Source: Penicillus capitatus (taxonomy: Eukaryota; Plantae; Chlorophyta). Taken from it: a stretch of DNA of 64,000 bases. The notes below the pieces were generated by a model that saw only the letters and a list, made by a program, of their open reading frames with translations, searched no databases and was not told the DNA's origin. Location of the stretch: positions 1,229,101 through 1,293,100 of the forward strand of contig OZ287701.1 in the NCBI GenBank assembly GCA_965649825.1, given 5' to 3'. Numbering within the stretch: the first letter of the stretch is position 1; each line of letters opens with the position of its first letter. A program made the translations under genes and the position numbers. Positions 59,442 to 64,000 of this stretch are shown here, piece by piece.

Positions 59442-61753
59442 GATTATTGTTTCTTTTTTGCATTTGGTTACAAAATATCTTGCGCTGTGACTGGATTCGT
59501 TTGACTTATTGAGTGAGATTCGATCTCGAAGTGGAGGAGTGCTATTGAGTTAAGAAATATTTCACGAGATTCTCGCGAAGCTTCGATGCACCAACGCGAC
59601 CTCAGGAAAAATATGAGAACGAGACGACGCGGCGTGTAACCAGAGGACCAGTTCGGCGAAGCTCATGCAACGTGCTGTGGATGTGACTGGTGTTTTTAAC
59701 CTGCTCTGCGGTGTTTCTCGACATTTTAGCACCTACGCTTCTATTTCGTTAGATTCATCGCCAGAGCGCATTTCTCCTCAAATCGATACGCTATTTTCAT
59801 CATGGACGAAGGCAACTCTCCAAAAGGACGTGCCTGCTCGGCGACGCGAAGAGCAAAGGCCATGTCGTTTCCAAGTGCGTTACCAACGAACGATACAGAC
59901 GTTTTCTAACGAGGTAGCTGTGTACTTGGAAGATACGGAGAGCGAGTTTCCGTCGCCGGGAGCACTTGAGGCTCCATGGATTTCCGCACATCCCACCGTC
60001 GCCATGCCGAATATCGAAGAAGACGCGTATCTGTTAGACGAGCCTGTGAGTGTGCTCATTGTGTAACTGCCTTGTAACTGACGTTTGTTCTATAGAGCCC
60101 ATCATCGATTGCGTCCCCCACAAATGTATTTCTGCAAAAACCCGATTTGAACAAGTTCAAGGATCCGCAAACGGCAGACGATTTATCGGTCATCAAAAAA
60201 CCGACAACGAAAGTGAGCACCCGTGTCACGATGCATCGGGAGATAGATACTCAAAATCGCATTGCGGCAGATTGGCAAGTTTGTTTGTGGCATTGTTAAA
60301 GGGCGAAAAGAAAGATAAACCTAAGGGCTTCGTTATCAAGCACATCTAGGATCAAGCCATTCGTTGTACATGCGTTGTTAAAATACAAGAGTCCACACCG
60401 GGGCTCAAGATTTCGTGTTCGTAGACAAGATGCGTCAGATTTATTACGTCGTTGTCGCTCAGACGATCTTTGTACATTTCGTGGCAGTGGGAATGAAACG
60501 GGGGCTGCTTTACTTACGACTTGGATTGTTTGGCTGCGTATGACTCAGTCGGAATTCTATAAACGTATCCTCCCTGCGCCTAACTACTTTTTTGGAGATC
60601 CTATAAGTTTCTCCGTCCCTACATTGAGTGATATCTGGGCATTGTTTTTCTTACAAGATGCAATGCGTCGGATATCCCGATCAAAAACAATCGGCCAACG
60701 CCGTAACACGAAAGTGTGATGAACCTTACCGCTGCATTCTAAAATGTTCCTTACCTACCTACCCCAAGTCTCCCTCTTCGAAATTCGATCGCGATGCGAC
60801 GAGACCGTCCGTTGCCGTGAGCTGTATGTTTAGGATGCGATGGTGTTCGATTCGAAGGGTTCTTACAACTGCGTTTACAGCGACTATGACCAAGAATGAA
60901 CATGAGGACCGCATTGCGACCTGGACTCACTCAATGCCTCACGAGTGAGTTCAGCTTGAAAGTTGATGCTCATACGACAGCGACAGTTACTGTGTTGGCT
61001 AAACAGCGAAAGAATGAATGACCCCCAGTTGAGTGCGATCTCATGGCAGTTATACTGCAAGAACCTTCGAATACCGCAAGCAGGCCGAACAAACTCATCT
61101 CACAAGCGTTATGTACTCTGTACTAGCAAAATGAGTATCTTTCCGTTACTAAGTACTGCGTCATTGCCCGAGTTCTACGGTCAGTCGTGTCAGTTGTGTT
61201 TGCAACAAACATACGAGACAGTAATCACAATGTTAGCTGGAGTGCATCGGGACAATCAGCTGCGTTTATCAATAACCAATTGTCTGCACGTGTCATGTCC
61301 GAGTCCCATGAACATTTTCTATCATGCAAGAGCTTATTCAAAAATGGACAAACAGCTTGCTGTGGGGGAAGGAAACGTTTCATTGTACTCTTTATGGCCG
61401 ACTGGAAAAAAATTACTTCGAAGAGTCCGCATCAAATGCGTCATCGAAGGCTTCCTCGATTTCGTCCTTCTCTGGACTGCCAATCGACCCAAGAACTGCG
61501 ACAGACCATTGATCTCTTGTAAGATGCGTAACTCGGTACACACTTTCAGTATTCAGTGCGATCTCTGTTCGTATTACCGTTTCGTCGACAGCCTCTTCCT
61601 CGGGACCCGCCCTTGTCAGGCTTTTCTCTACAAACAGCAATGAAGACACACGCCGAGAAAACAACGCAAACCGTAGCGACCTGATTCCTTCATATCTTTT
61701 CTCGATGCTCGACTTCTTTCTAAGAGTCCGCGTTTGAGTGTAAGGGGACGTTA

Positions 61754-62398
61754 TCAGGTCGGCGTACCTTTAGAGGTATCTACATCAGATTCGGCAGCAG
61801 CTTTTTGGCCCTTTCTCTGTTTCGGCTTTGTGCTTTCCTCCTCATCAACGAGCTTTGCCTTTCTGGATCTATTGCCTCCTTTTTCTTCCTTTTTCCCGGG
61901 CTTTCCCTTTTCTTCTTTCGATTCTTTCTTCTCGTCCCCTGGCGTGTCGAAGAGTGTGTTTCTCAGCTCCTTGTCCGTGTCCTTGTGCTTGAGGGGCTCC
62001 ACACTATCATCGACCGCAATTTCGTATCCGCTGCAAAAAGAAACGATCTCTTCGAGGACTCCGTTTTGTACATTGGCCCAATCGTCTCGGTCCGGCACCG
62101 TCGTCGTCAGACATTGCATCATGACTTCACCAATCACCGCAGCAGCACATGTGTCGGTACAAAGAGCGAAGATCTGTCCATAGTCGGATGCTCCAGTCGT
62201 ACATCTGGCTCCGCCGCAGTACTGATCGTAAACCTTTTGGACGCAAGGGATATCGCAGAAATTCAAACTGCTTTCCTCCAACTGAGCGGAAATTAGAACT
62301 CTGTTACTGCTGCTGCTGCTGCTGCTGCTGAGAACGACGGCGCATAGGAATAGTAAGGTTGGTAGACGGCGCAACTTGCCATTTTTGGCATCCATCAT
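61754..62398 (-). CDS. Putative secreted Cys-rich protein with charged C-terminal tail
   Basis: Signal-like LPTLLFLCAVVL plus a poly-Ser tract; eight-Cys domain; Lys/Glu-rich tail. Confidence 0.7.
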   Translation of the reverse strand: MMDAKNGKLRRLPTLLFLCAVVLSSSSSSSSNRVLISAQLEESSLNFCDIPCVQKVYDQYCGGARCTTGASDYGQIFALCTDTCAAAVIGEVMMQCLTTTVPDRDDWANVQNGVLEEIVSFCSGYEIAVDDSVEPLKHKDTDKELRNTLFDTPGDEKKESKEEKGKPGKKEEKGGNRSRKAKLVDEEESTKPKQRKGQKAAAESDVDTSKGTPT

Positions 62399-63514
62399 AC
62401 GTCAACTGGTTGTCTACAAACGCACGACCGTCTACAGTCAAGGAAAAGTGAAAAGACGGCGAGGACTGGCAGGTAAACGTGACAAAAGGAGGAGAAAAAC
62501 GCTTAAGCGGCCGCAGGTGTGCCGTTTTCTAAATAAAGAGCACTTACCGTTGCGTTAAACAACTCGTGGTGTCACGTGGCGTTTGAAAACGGTAAACGCT
62601 GTGGTTGACGTCAGGGAGGAAGGGAAACGCGATAAGGTCACGGTGATGAGCTTTACCTGGACACTTGTCTTTGGAATGGTTCGTATCGAACAGTCGAGGA
62701 GGTGAAGATTGCGTGGCACAAAAAAATCAGAAGAGTCAGCGGCGACTGGATGTAAAACGCGGGATAGCGCGGCAGATAGGGAAGGAATGGTAAATGTTGC
62801 CGACGGTTATGAACCACGTGTCTATGTAAAGGGATGGGGAGGAGAGAAGATTTCCAAGAGAAGAGATTTTTCAGTTAAACGATGTGGATACGGATTCGGA
62901 ACACATCTCTTATTTCACGTCTTGATTTTGCACTTTCATCTCCACTTTATTAGAGATGTCAGCTTTGGAGGAGACCCCATAGAAGGGCGGAGGTCACAGA
63001 ATTCACGTCTTTAAAGCCCATGCGCACGAGCATGCTTCGAACAGGAACACAGCAGAATTCACAACTGTCAAGGACATCGAGACCAAACGATACACGCAGT
63101 GATCACGAAGGGTCTCACATCTAAGAGAATTGAAACATGTCGCCACATTAGGCACAGCATAGGCAACTTGTTGTTTGGACGTTGAGTAAAAGCGAGCCCC
63201 CAATCATCTCTTCCCTATCAAACAAAGACAAGGAAAGATGTGTCTTAAGGAGAAAAGCTGTCAATAGCAGTGAGTGGGAGAGAACAAGACGAGGGATGAC
63301 TTGAGAATTGAAAACTGACGGCTGGGGACATTGCCGATAGCTTTCCATCGGATTTTCTAGAACGTATAGACATCGGATACAGTGCAACGTCTGATATCAA
63401 ATAGGAATTCTGGCTAGAGATATAAACAAGGTACCCGCCGATCAAGTGATACAGTCAGCCATGACCCGCTCGCCACAAGTTGCTCTTCCGAGTCAGAAGT
63501 GATAAGGCATTTGT

Positions 63515-64000
63515 TTAGGTACTGTCGTCATCATCATAGTCAAAGGCAGTAAGGAACCCATCATCAGGAATGTCGTCTTCGGGGAAGTCTTCATCGAAGA
63601 TGGATACAATGTCGGCATCCAAATCTTCATCCATGTCATTGACATCCAACGCGATCGCGCACCCGGATGCCTAGAAGGGCACAGGTCGTGATAACGGCGA
63701 TAGACAAAGTGACGCTCTTACTTCAGCTTCGGCTTCAGGAGCGTATGCTGGACTCTCTACTGGTGATTCGTATGGGGATTCGTACGGTTCTGGAATGGGA
63801 GCGTATTCTGGTTCTTCGATCGGTTCTTCGATCGGCTCCGCGATGGGTTCTTCACTTGGTTCTTCGATCGGTTCGCTCTCTGGTTCTTCGATCGGTTCGC
63901 TCTCCGGTTCCTCAGTGGGCTCCACTTCTGGTTCCTCTGTTGGTTCCACTTCTGGGCTCTCTTCTGGTTCGGTATCTGGCTCTTCTGTGGGCACAGTGTC
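63515..64000 (-). CDS. 3' end of a highly acidic protein (EPIEEP repeats, Asp-rich last exon), running off the window
   Basis: 18-24 nt repeats encoding EP(I/T)EEP; intron 63671-63721; last exon ASGCAIALDVNDMDEDLDAD...YDDDDST*. Confidence 0.8.

Noticed and set aside
59600-61660. Gene in this interval (also 35900-37220)
   Set aside because: ORFs lack recognisable motifs or a consistent exon chain.

Overview
Eukaryotic nuclear DNA with the standard genetic code and short (~45-75 nt) spliceosomal introns. The gene content (green-type ADP/ATP carrier, plastid RH50-like helicase, a beta-1,3-xylanase-like GH26) suggests a green alga, possibly a siphonous Bryopsidales species; this is inference. 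About 1-27 kb is an accessory region of nested Ty3/gypsy LTR retrotransposons: one full-length copy with a deleted RT active site, a Gag-only element, at least six solo LTRs with target-site duplications (TSDs), and truncated copies. It also holds a BAHD acyltransferase disrupted by the full-length copy, a MATH/USP7-like/RING pseudogene and a duplicated NLR-like NACHT-HEAT gene. About 27-64 kb is mostly ordinary genes (URB2-like, divergent actin, tetraspan protein, RH50-like, GH26, FTHFS, PP2C, AAC, secreted and acidic proteins) with a small patch of pseudogene and TE fragments at 38.9-41.9 kb. Best leads: (i) an intron-containing homologue of bacterial GH26 beta-1,3-xylanases; (ii) retrotransposon Gags preceded by a signal peptide and hydrophobic segments; (iii) five LTR elements sharing an unusual PBS (TGGTTTCGGAGC), plus a conserved U5 motif complementary to the tRNA-iMet D-loop. 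No database search was run; all family calls come from motif recognition.
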